From positions 1,512 through 65,511 of the forward strand of contig MHHG01000053.1 in assembly GCA_001805965.1 (NCBI GenBank): DNA of 64,000 nucleotides, read 5' to 3'. Position 1 is the first letter of the stretch; every line of letters starts with the position of its first letter. This DNA comes from Omnitrophica WOR_2 bacterium RIFOXYA2_FULL_38_17. GTDB lineage: Bacteria > Omnitrophota > Gorgyraeia > Zapsychrales > Zapsychraceae. Position numbers and translations under genes: made by a program. The notes beneath the pieces are model-generated. The model worked only from the letters and a program-made list of their open reading frames with translations. It was not told the DNA's origin and ran no database searches. This document shows, piece after piece, positions 21,037 to 31,420 of the stretch.

Positions 21037-22179
21037 TTAAACAGCTGTATTAACGTCAAGGCCCTGTGATTTTTTTGCAATACTCTCCAGCAGCGATTCA
21101 AAAGCATTATTAAAAGCCTTAACCCCATCATCAAGAAGTTTTACACATACTTCATCAACTGAAATACCAAGAGAACCCAAAGATCTTACAACTTCAACTG
21201 ACTCCTTTGCATCATTCACAAATGCCTCTTTTACATCTCCATGATCAATAAATGCATTTAATGTGGCTTCGGGTACTGTATTTACCGTAGGTGCGGATAT
21301 TAATTCTTTAACATACTTAATATCGCAATATTTCGGGTTTTTCGTTCCGGTTGAAGCCCAAAGAACACGCTGGATATTAGCGCCTTTTTGCCCAAGAGCC
21401 TTGAACTCATTTGAAGCAAATAATGCCTTTGCTCTTTCAAAGATCAATCTTGAATTTGCAACTGCAGCTTTTCCCTTTAACGCAACAATCCTATTTTTAG
21501 TATTTGTATCTGTCGCTGAAAGGAGCTTCTCATCCAACAAATTATCAACAGCTGTATCAATTCTGCTAACAAAAACACTTGCAACAGACCTGACCTTACT
21601 GGGATCACGCTTTTTATTGATAAGACTGCTAATTCCTCTCAAATAAGCCTTAGCTACTTCTTCATATTGCCTAAGCGAAAAGATCAGAGTAGCATTAACG
21701 TTGATACCCTCGGATATAAGCGCCTCAATAACTTTATACCCGGCGGCTGTCGAAGGCACCTTTATCATTACATTAGCTTTAGATACTTTATTAAACAGCC
21801 TTTTTCCTTCTTGAATCTGTTCTTCAACTTTATCTGCTAAAAGAGGATTGATCTCGAGGCTGACATATCCGTCAAGGCCATTGGAGTCCTGATGAACTTC
21901 TTTGAATTCAATAGCAGCGCTGGTTATATCGCTAACCGTCAGCTCATCATATATCTCAAAAGTAGACCTTCCCTTATCTTTCAAATCCTTTATCAACAAG
22001 TCATAATCTTCACTTTCACTAATAACTTGATTGAATATCGAAGGATTAGAAGTGACCCCCTTTAATCCTCCTGCTATCATGCCTGTTAACTTTCCTTCTT
22101 CAACTAAAGACCTGTTGATATAATCCAACCAAACACTTTGACCTAAAACGGCTAAATCCTCTAAAATTGTATGCGACAT
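21037..22179 (-). CDS. tal: Transaldolase (type 2)
   Basis: GQSVWLD, GVTSNPSIF, NVMIKVP, NATLIFS, SVFVSRID, LWASTGTKNP. Confidence 0.94.
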   Translation of the reverse strand: MSHTILEDLAVLGQSVWLDYINRSLVEEGKLTGMIAGGLKGVTSNPSIFNQVISESEDYDLLIKDLKDKGRSTFEIYDELTVSDITSAAIEFKEVHQDSNGLDGYVSLEINPLLADKVEEQIQEGKRLFNKVSKANVMIKVPSTAAGYKVIEALISEGINVNATLIFSLRQYEEVAKAYLRGISSLINKKRDPSKVRSVASVFVSRIDTAVDNLLDEKLLSATDTNTKNRIVALKGKAAVANSRLIFERAKALFASNEFKALGQKGANIQRVLWASTGTKNPKYCDIKYVKELISAPTVNTVPEATLNAFIDHGDVKEAFVNDAKESVEVVRSLGSLGISVDEVCVKLLDDGVKAFNNAFESLLESIAKKSQGLDVNTAV

Positions 22180-22225
22180 ACAATGTCCTTATTTTTAGTA
22201 TTAAGAATAAATAGCCTTCTTCAAC

Positions 22226-23167
22226 TTACAGTTTCTTAACAACTAACCTCTTAACAGCTTCAGCAATATCTATATCTTTCAAATGATAGTATTTAAGCAG
22301 CTCCTGAGGTGACCCTGATTGCCCAAACGTATCATTAACAGCTATCATTTCCATTGGAACCGGACAATTCTTAACAACAACTTCAGCTACAGCACTCCCT
22401 AATCCACCATACATTTGATGCTCTTCAGCAGTAACAATAGCCCCTGTTTCTTTCGCTGACTGAATTATCATTTCCTCATCAATAGGCTTAATAGTATGCA
22501 TGTTAACGACTTTAATAGTTATCCCGTCCTTCTTTAATATCTCTGCAGCAGAAAGGGCTTCACTTACCATTATTCCGCAAGCAATAACAGTCGCATCTGA
22601 ACCTTTTTGCATAACTGTTGCTTTTCCTATCTCAAAAATATCACCTTCTGCGGTTAGAACTGGAAGAGCTGCTCGGCTGGTACGCATGTACATCGGTCCA
22701 AATTCATTTGCAAATACCCGAGTTGCTTTTGCAGCCTCAACAGAATCAACAGGACAAACAACTTTCATATTAGGCAATACCCTCATTAACGCAAGGTCTT
22801 CAAGACACTGCGCAGATGCTCCGTCTTCACCGACAGTAACACCAGCGTGCGAACAAATGACCTTCACATTACAATTATTATAACAAAGATCCAACCTGAT
22901 CATGTCATATGCACGGTTTGTCATAAAGACCGCGAAAGAATTAGTAAACACTATAAATCCCTGCAGGCTAAGGCCAGCTGCCATGCCGATCATATCCTGC
23001 TCAGCAATTCCAACGGTGAAAAACCTATCAGGAAACGCCTTTTTAAAATAGTCTGCACGAGTTGCATCTTCAAGATCCGCAGAAACAACAACTATTTTTT
23101 CGTTCTCTTCCCCTAATTTAACTAACTCTTTTCCAAAACCATCTCTTGTTGCGATCAGATCAGCCAT
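22226..23167 (-). CDS. Transketolase, C-terminal subunit
   Basis: ATRDGFG, GIAEQDM, VGEDGASAQ, AEEHQ..GGLGSAV. Confidence 0.93.
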   Translation of the reverse strand: MADLIATRDGFGKELVKLGEENEKIVVVSADLEDATRADYFKKAFPDRFFTVGIAEQDMIGMAAGLSLQGFIVFTNSFAVFMTNRAYDMIRLDLCYNNCNVKVICSHAGVTVGEDGASAQCLEDLALMRVLPNMKVVCPVDSVEAAKATRVFANEFGPMYMRTSRAALPVLTAEGDIFEIGKATVMQKGSDATVIACGIMVSEALSAAEILKKDGITIKVVNMHTIKPIDEEMIIQSAKETGAIVTAEEHQMYGGLGSAVAEVVVKNCPVPMEMIAVNDTFGQSGSPQELLKYYHLKDIDIAEAVKRLVVKKL

Positions 23168-23169
23168 TA

Positions 23170-23994
23170 TTATTCCCCTCCCAATTCAGCCAAAGCCTCT
23201 TTAAGTTGTTCATTATTAGGTGCTTTACCATGCCATTTCGCTTCACCTTCCATAAAAGAAATACCTTTTCCTTTTATCGTATGAGCAATAATAACAAATG
23301 GTTTACCTTTTTTTGTTCCAAATTGCGCAAAAGCCTCATGCAAGCTCTTTAAGTTGTGGCCTATTACTTCAACCGCATGCCATCCAAAGCTTCTCCATTT
23401 ATCCGCCAATGGCTCAAGATCCTTGATCTCATTTATAGGACCATTTTCCTGGATCTTGTTATAATCAACTATCGCACAAACATTATCAAGCTTGTAATGA
23501 GAAGCTGACATAGCTGCCTCCCAAACTGACCCTTCCTGAATTTCACCATCACCCATAAGACAATATGCCTTAAAATTTTTATTCAAAAGCCTCGCGCCCA
23601 AGGCAATCCCATTTGCCACTGATAGGCCATGGCCTAATGAACCCGTATTAAATTCTACACCTGGTACCTTTTTATGAACATGTCCCTGAAGTATCCCGCC
23701 AAATTTTCTATACAATTTGTACTCTTCTTTACTAAAGAACCCGTAATTTGCCAATACAGCGTAAACAGCCGGCGTAATATGTCCTTTAGAAACAATCAGA
23801 CGGTCTCTTTCTGCCCAATCAGGTTCATTTGGCTTCACATTCATCTGGTATTCATAAAGGCTTAATAATATCTCAACAGCTGATAACGACCCGCCAGGAT
23901 GACCGCAACCTGCAGAGTTTGTTAAATTAAGGATATCTTTTCTTACCTGATTAGCTTTAACTTTAATTGCTTCAAAATTTGGTATTTCAGACAC
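23170..23994 (-). CDS. Transketolase, N-terminal subunit
   Basis: GHPGGSLS, SKGH, TGSLGHG, GDGEIQEG (ThDP motif), WHG. GTG 23994 follows AGGAGG. Confidence 0.93.
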   Translation of the reverse strand: MSEIPNFEAIKVKANQVRKDILNLTNSAGCGHPGGSLSAVEILLSLYEYQMNVKPNEPDWAERDRLIVSKGHITPAVYAVLANYGFFSKEEYKLYRKFGGILQGHVHKKVPGVEFNTGSLGHGLSVANGIALGARLLNKNFKAYCLMGDGEIQEGSVWEAAMSASHYKLDNVCAIVDYNKIQENGPINEIKDLEPLADKWRSFGWHAVEVIGHNLKSLHEAFAQFGTKKGKPFVIIAHTIKGKGISFMEGEAKWHGKAPNNEQLKEALAELGGE

Positions 23995-24119
23995 AACTCC
24001 TCCTAACAAGTTTCATATTTTATAATTTTTTATACTGTAGATTGTACGTTTTAAAAAATTGGTTTGTAATGCTAAATATTTGCATCAAATTAATAGAAGA
24101 TTATTATGATGAAATTTTA

Positions 24120-24192
24120 TGGGCCATGCAGGAATCGAACCTGCTACCCACTGATTAAGAGTCAGTTGCTCTACCATGTGAGCTAATGGCCC
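24120..24192 (-). tRNA. tRNA-Lys(CTT), CCA not encoded
   Basis: Reverse complement GGGCCATTAGCTCACATGGTAGAGCAACTGA-CTCTTAA-TCAGTGGGTAGCAGGTTCGATTCCTGCATGGCCCA folds as a cloverleaf with anticodon CTT. Confidence 0.96.
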
Positions 24193-24774
24193 AAAATTAA
24201 AACCGTACCGATCAAATTTTTTGGAGTACTTGTCCTATGAGTATCGAAAGGACTATAAGTTACAATAATGAATTATTGTATTAAGAATTATAATAAATTC
24301 GATTTGTCTCTAAGGCTAAATCAGATGTATTTATATCAGACTTTAAATACAGTGTAAAGTAATAATGTGAAATTTTTAGGCATTTCCTGCAAAGTCCGAC
24401 AAAACAACCACCAGTTTAGGCCGCAAAACATTATGAGCATATGCTTATCCCAAGACATTGGTTTTACCTCTTCCCCTTATGAGCATTTGCTCATTTGTGC
24501 CCAAGCCATTGTCTCGTCGGCAAACAGCTATTCTTGGGATCTGGCCCTTCTGCTGCCCCCACCCCTTAAAACCACTGCCCTACTCACTAAAAGAACTTAT
24601 CCCTAAGATCTCAGGATCAAAATCGATACCACAAACCTTTTCATCGCTATCATCAGCCCCTGATTCCCCCAAAACATATTTATAACGCCAATCAACTTCT
24701 TGATCAACAGCCTGACTTAACAGTTCGACCACTTTTGATCACTCGGAATTTCGTTCAATTTAAAGAGGTTTCAT

Positions 24775-24803
24775 TTGACACAATATTCCCATGATAGTAG
24801 TAT
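24775..24803 (+). promoter_or_regulatory. sigma70 promoter of the GT-C gene (near-leaderless)
   Basis: TTGACA 24775-24780, 17 nt, TAGTAT 24798-24803; ATG at 24814 with no SD. Confidence 0.55.
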
Positions 24804-24813
24804 ATTGACCATA

Positions 24814-26406
24814 ATGAAAATCCTTAGAATAATTGTTATAACACTATTAACCTTGTCAGCTATTATCATCGTTCGTAACGCATGGCTTTGCGATGATGCC
24901 TACATAACCTTTAGGGTAGTGGATAATTTCATAAATGGTTACGGCCTCAGGTGGAATGTTGCAGAAAGAGTACAAGTATATACCCACCCTCTCTGGATGC
25001 TCCTATTATCATCTTTCTATTTTTTTACACGAGAGATATTTTTTACAAGCAATGCAATATCTGTAATCTTATCTCTGCTAGCTATAACATTAACCGCTTT
25101 TAAGCTCTCTAAAGACCATAGAAATGCGATTCTTGCAATAACAATACTGTGCATGTCCAAGGCCTTTATAGATTATTCTGCATCCGGGCTTGAAAACCCC
25201 TTAACACATTTATTATTAGCACTCTTTTTTATTGCATTTTTAAAGCCTGATACCTCAAGAAGGAAATTATTGGCATTATCTCTTTTCACATCCCTTGGCA
25301 TCCTAAACCGCATGGATACACTGCTACTTTTTGGGCCTTCTCTGTGCTATGCAATATTTGAGTATTTAATAACCTCATCTGACGTTAACCTGAGATCAAG
25401 ACTGATAAAAACTTTTTTCTCCTTATTGACCGGGTTCTTACCTTTTATCCTTTGGGAGGCTTTTTCAGTATTTTACTACGGATTCCCTTTTCCAAACACA
25501 GCATACGCAAAGTTAAATACCGGAATCCCAGCCATTATCTTGGTAAAGCAGGGACTTTATTATTTAATAGGTTCGCTCCCTAAAAAAACTGACCTTGTGA
25601 CACCTACTGTCATCTTATCAGGGACCGTTCTTGCAGTTTTCTCAAAAAGCAACCGAAACAAATCCATTGCAGCAGGTATTTTACTGTATGTTCTCTACAT
25701 AGTAAAAATAGGTGGCGATTTTATGATGAGCAGATTTCTTGCTGCGCCTCTTTTGTGCTCGGTTGTCATAATCAGCAGAAATAAAATTTTCAATAAATAC
25801 AAAATACTTGTTCCGGCGCTCGTTTCTATTATCATTCTTGGATCCCTGTCACCATTCAATCCTGTTCTTTCAGGCATTAATTATGAGAACACGAATGATA
25901 ATGTTTTTGTTTACAACAAAGGCATTTCTGACGAGCGCGGGTTCTATTACAAGCATTCCAGCCTTCTTAAAGCGCTAAAGGGTGAAAAAATGCCGGCTCA
26001 CCAATGGGTTGACCAGGGCATTGAGCTTAGAGAGAAGAGACCTTTTTCTCTTATTTACTACACTAGCGTAGGCTATTTAGGTTTTTTTGCAGGGCCGCAC
26101 ACAAGCATTATAGATGCTGTCGCACTTTGCGATCCCTTGCTTGCAAGGCTACCTGTGCCAAAGAAAAAATACTGGAGAATCGGGCACTTTGAAAGGATAA
26201 TTCCTTACGGTTATACAGGGAGCATGCATATTGCACAAAGCCAGTTCAAGGATAAAGACCTAGAAAAGTATTATTACAAGTTATCTCTAATAATAAGTGG
26301 GGATCTGTTAGATAAAAACAGATTTGTGGAGATCTGGAAGATGAATACGGGACAGTACAGGCATCTCCTTGAAAACTACAAAAGAGATATCAGCGATAAG
26401 AACTAA
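24814..26406 (+). CDS. GT-C membrane glycosyltransferase, AftB (arabinofuranosyltransferase)-like
   Basis: WLCDDAYITFRVVDN..GYGLRWN..ERVQVYTHPLW, SGLENPL, YYGFPFPNTAYAK, GGDFM..RF, RIGHFER; many TMs. Confidence 0.78.
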   Translation: MKILRIIVITLLTLSAIIIVRNAWLCDDAYITFRVVDNFINGYGLRWNVAERVQVYTHPLWMLLLSSFYFFTREIFFTSNAISVILSLLAITLTAFKLSKDHRNAILAITILCMSKAFIDYSASGLENPLTHLLLALFFIAFLKPDTSRRKLLALSLFTSLGILNRMDTLLLFGPSLCYAIFEYLITSSDVNLRSRLIKTFFSLLTGFLPFILWEAFSVFYYGFPFPNTAYAKLNTGIPAIILVKQGLYYLIGSLPKKTDLVTPTVILSGTVLAVFSKSNRNKSIAAGILLYVLYIVKIGGDFMMSRFLAAPLLCSVVIISRNKIFNKYKILVPALVSIIILGSLSPFNPVLSGINYENTNDNVFVYNKGISDERGFYYKHSSLLKALKGEKMPAHQWVDQGIELREKRPFSLIYYTSVGYLGFFAGPHTSIIDAVALCDPLLARLPVPKKKYWRIGHFERIIPYGYTGSMHIAQSQFKDKDLEKYYYKLSLIISGDLLDKNRFVEIWKMNTGQYRHLLENYKRDISDKN

Positions 26407-26420
26407 CGCCCATCAAAACC

Positions 26421-27743
26421 TTAAAGCGCCTCTACTGCAACTGAAGCAAGCTCTGACCTTTCGCTTTTCGACAATAGCATTGATCCAAAAATAGGATAGG
26501 CCTTCAGCCTGTCAACCGTATAAGATAATCCGTTGGAATTAGCATCTAGGTATGGATTATCTATCTGATCAGGGTCACCGGTTAAAACAATTTTAGTGCC
26601 CTCCCCTGCACGGGAAATAATCGTCTTAATTTCATGTGGCGTTAGATTCTGCGCTTCATCAACTATCAGGAACTGATTTGGTATACTTCTCCCCCGAATA
26701 TAAGTAAGGGCCTCTACTTCAATTATGTCTGACTTCATCATATTATCAACAGTAAGGTCGCTTGTTGAAACACCATTGGTCTTTGAAGATATAGACCTTT
26801 TCATAATAAATTCCAAATTGTCAAATATTGGCTGCATCCAGTAATTCAATTTTTTCTCTTTGCTCCCTGGCAAATAACCGATATCTTTTCCAAGCGGGAC
26901 GATAGGCCTGACTATGAGAAGCTTCTCATAAATACTGTTTTCACCTATGGTCTTCAAAAGCGCTGCAGCGATCGCCATAAGCGTTTTCCCCGTACCTGCC
27001 TGGCCAACCAGGGCTACCAGCTTGATCCTATCATCAAGCAAAAGGTCAAAAGCAAACCTTTGCTCAACATTTAGAGGGGAAATACCCATAGCACAGCATT
27101 TTTGTTCTACTGCAACTATGCTCTTTTCCTCATCAGAATACTTACCTATCGCATCATATCCAGGCTCATCTTCTGCCTGAACAAGGGCATACTCATTAGA
27201 AAGAAATGATTTTTCAGGGACAACCAATGGCACCCCTTTTTGAAGCTTAGCAACATCGTGCCTTGAAACTGACATTTTTTTCCAGCCTCTGTACAATTTG
27301 CCGTATTCAACCTTCTGGTTTTCATAATCAACCGCACTGATCCCAATGGCTTCAGCCTTGATCCTAACGTTCACATCCTTTGAAACAAAATACACTTTGT
27401 TCCCTTCTACTTGGAGCTTCCAAGCTACGCCCAAGATCCTATTGTCGTGCAGATCAGTATCAAGGTCCAGCGGAAGGCCTAGGTCCTTAACGTTCACATA
27501 AAGGATCAAAGTCCCTCCATTTATCATTTTTGCCCCTTTTTTCAGAGCACCTTTCTTTATAAGGGAATCTATCTCGCGCAGCACCTGCCTTGCATGCATA
27601 CCTTTTTTATCGGCGCTAGACTTAAAACCGTCAAGCTCTTCGATTACCGTAATTGGGATAATTACAATATTATCCGCAAATGAATAGATAGATTGTGGAT
27701 TGTGAATAAGTACATTTGTATCTAGAACAAAATGCTTTTCCAT
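26421..27743 (-). CDS. PIN-PhoH (YlaK/PhoH2-like) ATPase
   Basis: VLDTNVL PIN domain; GQAGTGKT; GYLPG; YIRGRS; VDEAQN. Confidence 0.92.
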   Translation of the reverse strand: MEKHFVLDTNVLIHNPQSIYSFADNIVIIPITVIEELDGFKSSADKKGMHARQVLREIDSLIKKGALKKGAKMINGGTLILYVNVKDLGLPLDLDTDLHDNRILGVAWKLQVEGNKVYFVSKDVNVRIKAEAIGISAVDYENQKVEYGKLYRGWKKMSVSRHDVAKLQKGVPLVVPEKSFLSNEYALVQAEDEPGYDAIGKYSDEEKSIVAVEQKCCAMGISPLNVEQRFAFDLLLDDRIKLVALVGQAGTGKTLMAIAAALLKTIGENSIYEKLLIVRPIVPLGKDIGYLPGSKEKKLNYWMQPIFDNLEFIMKRSISSKTNGVSTSDLTVDNMMKSDIIEVEALTYIRGRSIPNQFLIVDEAQNLTPHEIKTIISRAGEGTKIVLTGDPDQIDNPYLDANSNGLSYTVDRLKAYPIFGSMLLSKSERSELASVAVEAL

Positions 27744-27782
27744 AAAAATACCTCCTGGCCATAGAGAGAAGAAACAAAGAAT

Positions 27783-29744
27783 TTATTTTTTATAATTATT
27801 GTTTGCCTCATAACTCTTTACTGCAATTTCCCTCATCATCCTGGCTTTCTCAAAACCAGGTTCCAATCTAAGTGCATGGTCAAACTCACGAACCGCAAGT
27901 TTAAATTCACCTAACTTCCCCAAAATCACGCCTCTCCAATAGAATGCCTTTTCATTTTTAGGGTCGATCCTAACAGCCTCGTTCAGATCATCTATTGCTT
28001 CCTTATACTGGCCCTTTGCACGATAAACCAAAGCCCTGTTCAAATATCCAAAGCCAAGATCAGGATTTATATCAATCACCTTGTTGAAATCCTTCAAGGC
28101 CAGATCATATTCGTTTAACTGCAAGTAAAGCGTCCCTCTGTTATTATATGCTCTAAGGTATTTTGGCTTCAGCTTTATTACATTTTTATAATCATCAAAA
28201 GCCTCATCATATTTTCCCGTCGCCATAAAAATATTGCCTCTATGAAAATAGGTTATATATGCCTGGGGAAAAGACCCATCTATGTCTAAAGCCATCTGAA
28301 AGTCTTTAAGCGCTTCATCAAACTTCTGCCTCTTGCTAAAAATTATCCCTCTATTTGTATATGCATAGCTGCTCGGAACTATCTCAATTGCTTTCTCAAT
28401 ATACATAAGGGCTTTATTCAGCTCATTATTTGCCAGATATGCTTTACCTAAATTTAAATTAGGCCTATATTTATTTGGTGATTTGCTACAAGCATCCTCC
28501 CATAAAGATATTTCGGTGCGCCAGACGTTATTACGGGCATAGGTCGTTACAGACAAGACCGCAACAATGACTGTTGTAACAGCCATTAACTTCTCTCTAT
28601 CCTTGATCGATCGCGATAGCCAGAAAGCTATTGCTATAAAGATCCCAACAGAAGGCAAATAAAGCTTATGCTCAAAGATCACATGACTCCTAGGGATCAA
28701 TTCACATGACAAAGTAATAATAATCCAAAAGACAGCAAAAGCAAAAACAGGATAAACACGCCTGATCCTATAAGCAAAAAACATAACCGTCATCAGCATG
28801 AAATAGCTAAACATAACTGCCGGCTCAAAAACATTAGAAGACAAGGCAAGATCATAATCAATATTCTGATTTATCGGAAAAAATACCAGCCTTAAGTAAA
28901 TGGCCCAGACTTTTAACTGAGTGATCAAATACTTCCCCAGGGTAATAATATCCCCGTCATGTGATCCGGACATCTTCTGACCCAGAAAAATGTTCGAGAT
29001 ATTAAAAGAAAATAAAAATGGAGATATAAAGCCTATGAATATAAAGCAAAACAACAAAAGCTTAAATATGGAAATCCCGGGACTATTTCCCTGCTCCCTT
29101 TTTGAAGCCAATAGTAATCTTTCTATCAATAAAATAGCCAAAGGAAGAGTTATAACTATCTCTTTTGTAAATAATCCAAATATCGCAGCAACAAGGGCAG
29201 CAACAGCATATCTGACATCAAATTTATTTCTTGATACAGAAAGCCTCGATTTCAAATAGAAACAAACGCTGGCAAGATAAAACATAGCAGCCATCGATGC
29301 GAATCGCTGAGTTATATACGTTACTGCCTGGGTCTGAACAGGATGGCTAACAAATAACAGCGCTGCAAAAAATCCGATATATTGTCCATCATCGTTGGCC
29401 TTCATTGTTTTCAGCCAGGGTGTTGAATAAACAAGAACTACTAACCACCACACAAGCAAAGCCGAGATTAAATGAATGCCCAAATTAAAAACATGATATC
29501 CAAGAACATTCAATTTTCCAAAATGATAATTTAAAGCAAAGGATAAAAAAGAGATAAAACGGGTAGGAGCAATGGTCCTTGAATAAGCGGCTATTTCATC
29601 AAAACTCCTAATATGCTCATTATTAACAATGAACTCAATATCGTCTAATTGGAATTCGGATCTTAGAGTATTGGAATATATTACGAGGCCAAGAAAGATC
29701 AGTATGGCTAACCTTGTTAGCAGATTTTTATCCTTTAAATTCAT
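27783..29744 (-). CDS. TMTC-like GT-C glycosyltransferase with C-terminal TPRs
   Basis: FQLDD, HPVQTQAVTYITQR, TKE, EHKLYLP, RNNVW, followed by several TPRs. Confidence 0.82.
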   Translation of the reverse strand: MNLKDKNLLTRLAILIFLGLVIYSNTLRSEFQLDDIEFIVNNEHIRSFDEIAAYSRTIAPTRFISFLSFALNYHFGKLNVLGYHVFNLGIHLISALLVWWLVVLVYSTPWLKTMKANDDGQYIGFFAALLFVSHPVQTQAVTYITQRFASMAAMFYLASVCFYLKSRLSVSRNKFDVRYAVAALVAAIFGLFTKEIVITLPLAILLIERLLLASKREQGNSPGISIFKLLLFCFIFIGFISPFLFSFNISNIFLGQKMSGSHDGDIITLGKYLITQLKVWAIYLRLVFFPINQNIDYDLALSSNVFEPAVMFSYFMLMTVMFFAYRIRRVYPVFAFAVFWIIITLSCELIPRSHVIFEHKLYLPSVGIFIAIAFWLSRSIKDREKLMAVTTVIVAVLSVTTYARNNVWRTEISLWEDACSKSPNKYRPNLNLGKAYLANNELNKALMYIEKAIEIVPSSYAYTNRGIIFSKRQKFDEALKDFQMALDIDGSFPQAYITYFHRGNIFMATGKYDEAFDDYKNVIKLKPKYLRAYNNRGTLYLQLNEYDLALKDFNKVIDINPDLGFGYLNRALVYRAKGQYKEAIDDLNEAVRIDPKNEKAFYWRGVILGKLGEFKLAVREFDHALRLEPGFEKARMMREIAVKSYEANNNYKK

Positions 29745-29750
29745 TTAGAC

Positions 29751-30614
29751 CTATCCGTAAAAAGAGATAATAAAAACCCCTATTATCATCACGATAACAC
29801 CAATTATTCTTTCTTTAAAATCTTTTTCTTTAAAAATCCAGAAACCAAACAAACTGCTCATCACGACGCTTGTTCTCTTTATTGCTATAACATACGGGAC
29901 TATTGTCATTTTAATTGCATTCATTTGGCTAAAGAATGCGACCGTCGTACAAATACCCATTAACAACATATAGGGCCAACCAAACTTGAACTGGGAAATA
30001 ATATTCTTTGACTTCTTTAAAACTATAATTAATAACACTAGGGAAACACAAGAATTCGCCGCGCACAAATAAGCGAACATAGAGTACTTAACAACCGCCA
30101 TTTTATCAAAGTTTGCACCAACGCTATAAAGGACAGCAACAACAAGCATGTACCTTGGGCCTTTTTCCCTCAACAAACTTTTAAAAGGCTCAAAATATCC
30201 TATTTTTCGATCTGAAAAATTAATAACATAGGCACCAGCAACAATTAAAATGATCCCTAAAAGCCCAACAGGCCGGGGAAATTCACCCAACATAATCGGC
30301 GATGTAATAAGAAGAAAAACCGGAGTGAAAGTGAGCATCGGCATAGATATCGACATATCAGATAACTTAATTGCCTTAAAGAAACAAACTGATGCAATAG
30401 TCAAAATGATCGTTACTGAACCAACATAAAACCAAAACAGATAATCAAGTTTTGGCCTGCCTTCAATAAACAACATTAAATACATAAATGGCAAAGTAAA
30501 AACCATCCAACCCAAAGCAGCTATTTCAGGATCCAACTTTTTGATTATTTTTCTCCCAAAAACATCTTTTAGGGAAGTAAATATCGCTGTTATTAATGCT
30601 AATATGACCCACAT
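29751..30614 (-). CDS. EamA/DMT-family transporter
   Basis: About 10 TMs with a duplicated EamA pattern. Confidence 0.85.
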   Translation of the reverse strand: MWVILALITAIFTSLKDVFGRKIIKKLDPEIAALGWMVFTLPFMYLMLFIEGRPKLDYLFWFYVGSVTIILTIASVCFFKAIKLSDMSISMPMLTFTPVFLLITSPIMLGEFPRPVGLLGIILIVAGAYVINFSDRKIGYFEPFKSLLREKGPRYMLVVAVLYSVGANFDKMAVVKYSMFAYLCAANSCVSLVLLIIVLKKSKNIISQFKFGWPYMLLMGICTTVAFFSQMNAIKMTIVPYVIAIKRTSVVMSSLFGFWIFKEKDFKERIIGVIVMIIGVFIISFYG

Positions 30615-30634
30615 AACTGATTCCTATTAAATGA

Positions 30635-31384
30635 TTAATTTTCTATCATTGGAACAAACCGGACGGGGATAAGTGATTTTTTTTGAATACCAGAACTTGT
30701 TTTGGTTATAAGCACCAGTTCCTGATCAAAAGAGCCTATGGGAACTATCATCCTGCCACCTTCCTTTAATTGTTCAACAAGAATTCTTGGTATTTGTGGT
30801 GGTGCAGCTGTGACAATAATGGCATCATAAGGCGCATGTTCTTCCCACCCCTGATACCCGTCGCCGCATTTAACTGAGACATTTTTGTATTTCAATTTAT
30901 TTAATAATTTTTCAGAGCTGCTACATAACTCATCGAGGATCTCAATTGTATAAACCGCATCAGCAAGCTCAGCAAGAACTGCCGCCTGATAACCTGAGCC
31001 TGTCCCGATCTCAAGAACTTTATCAAGCTTATCTAAATTTAGCTGTTCTGTCATATATGCAACAATATACGGCTGCGATATTGTTTGGCCATATCCGATC
31101 GGAAGAGGGTAATCTTCATAAGCAAATGGCCGCTGTTCTTCAGGAACAAAGAGATGTCGGTCCACTTTAAGCATGGCTTTTAAAACTTTACTATCCTTGA
31201 CGCCTCTGTTAGCAATTTGCTTTTCAACCATTGCCTCTTTTTTTAAAATATAATCATGCATTTTTGAGGTATCCGTAAAAACTATTTTATCAATAAAATC
31301 TTTTTCATATAAATGCGTACTGGCCTGATAAAAACCTATTATTAAAATAATGACAAATAATATAATTATAGAAACTCTTAGCAT
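30635..31384 (-). CDS. pcm: Protein-L-isoaspartate O-methyltransferase (N-terminal anchor)
   Basis: GQTISQPY, VLEIGTGSGYQAAVL, APYDAIIVTAA, VRFVPM. Confidence 0.94.
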   Translation of the reverse strand: MLRVSIIILFVIILIIGFYQASTHLYEKDFIDKIVFTDTSKMHDYILKKEAMVEKQIANRGVKDSKVLKAMLKVDRHLFVPEEQRPFAYEDYPLPIGYGQTISQPYIVAYMTEQLNLDKLDKVLEIGTGSGYQAAVLAELADAVYTIEILDELCSSSEKLLNKLKYKNVSVKCGDGYQGWEEHAPYDAIIVTAAPPQIPRILVEQLKEGGRMIVPIGSFDQELVLITKTSSGIQKKSLIPVRFVPMIEN

Positions 31385-31420
31385 GAATTTTTTTACTAAT
31401 TTCCGATAAACTTACTTTTT

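Noticed and set aside
24010-24200. Integrative element at tRNA-Lys
   Set aside because: No integrase, and I saw no duplicated tRNA 3' end (att) in the window.
24775-24813. TTG start at 24775 for the GT-C gene
   Set aside because: The TTG is part of a TTGACA -35 box; ATG 24814 fits the N-terminal TM better.
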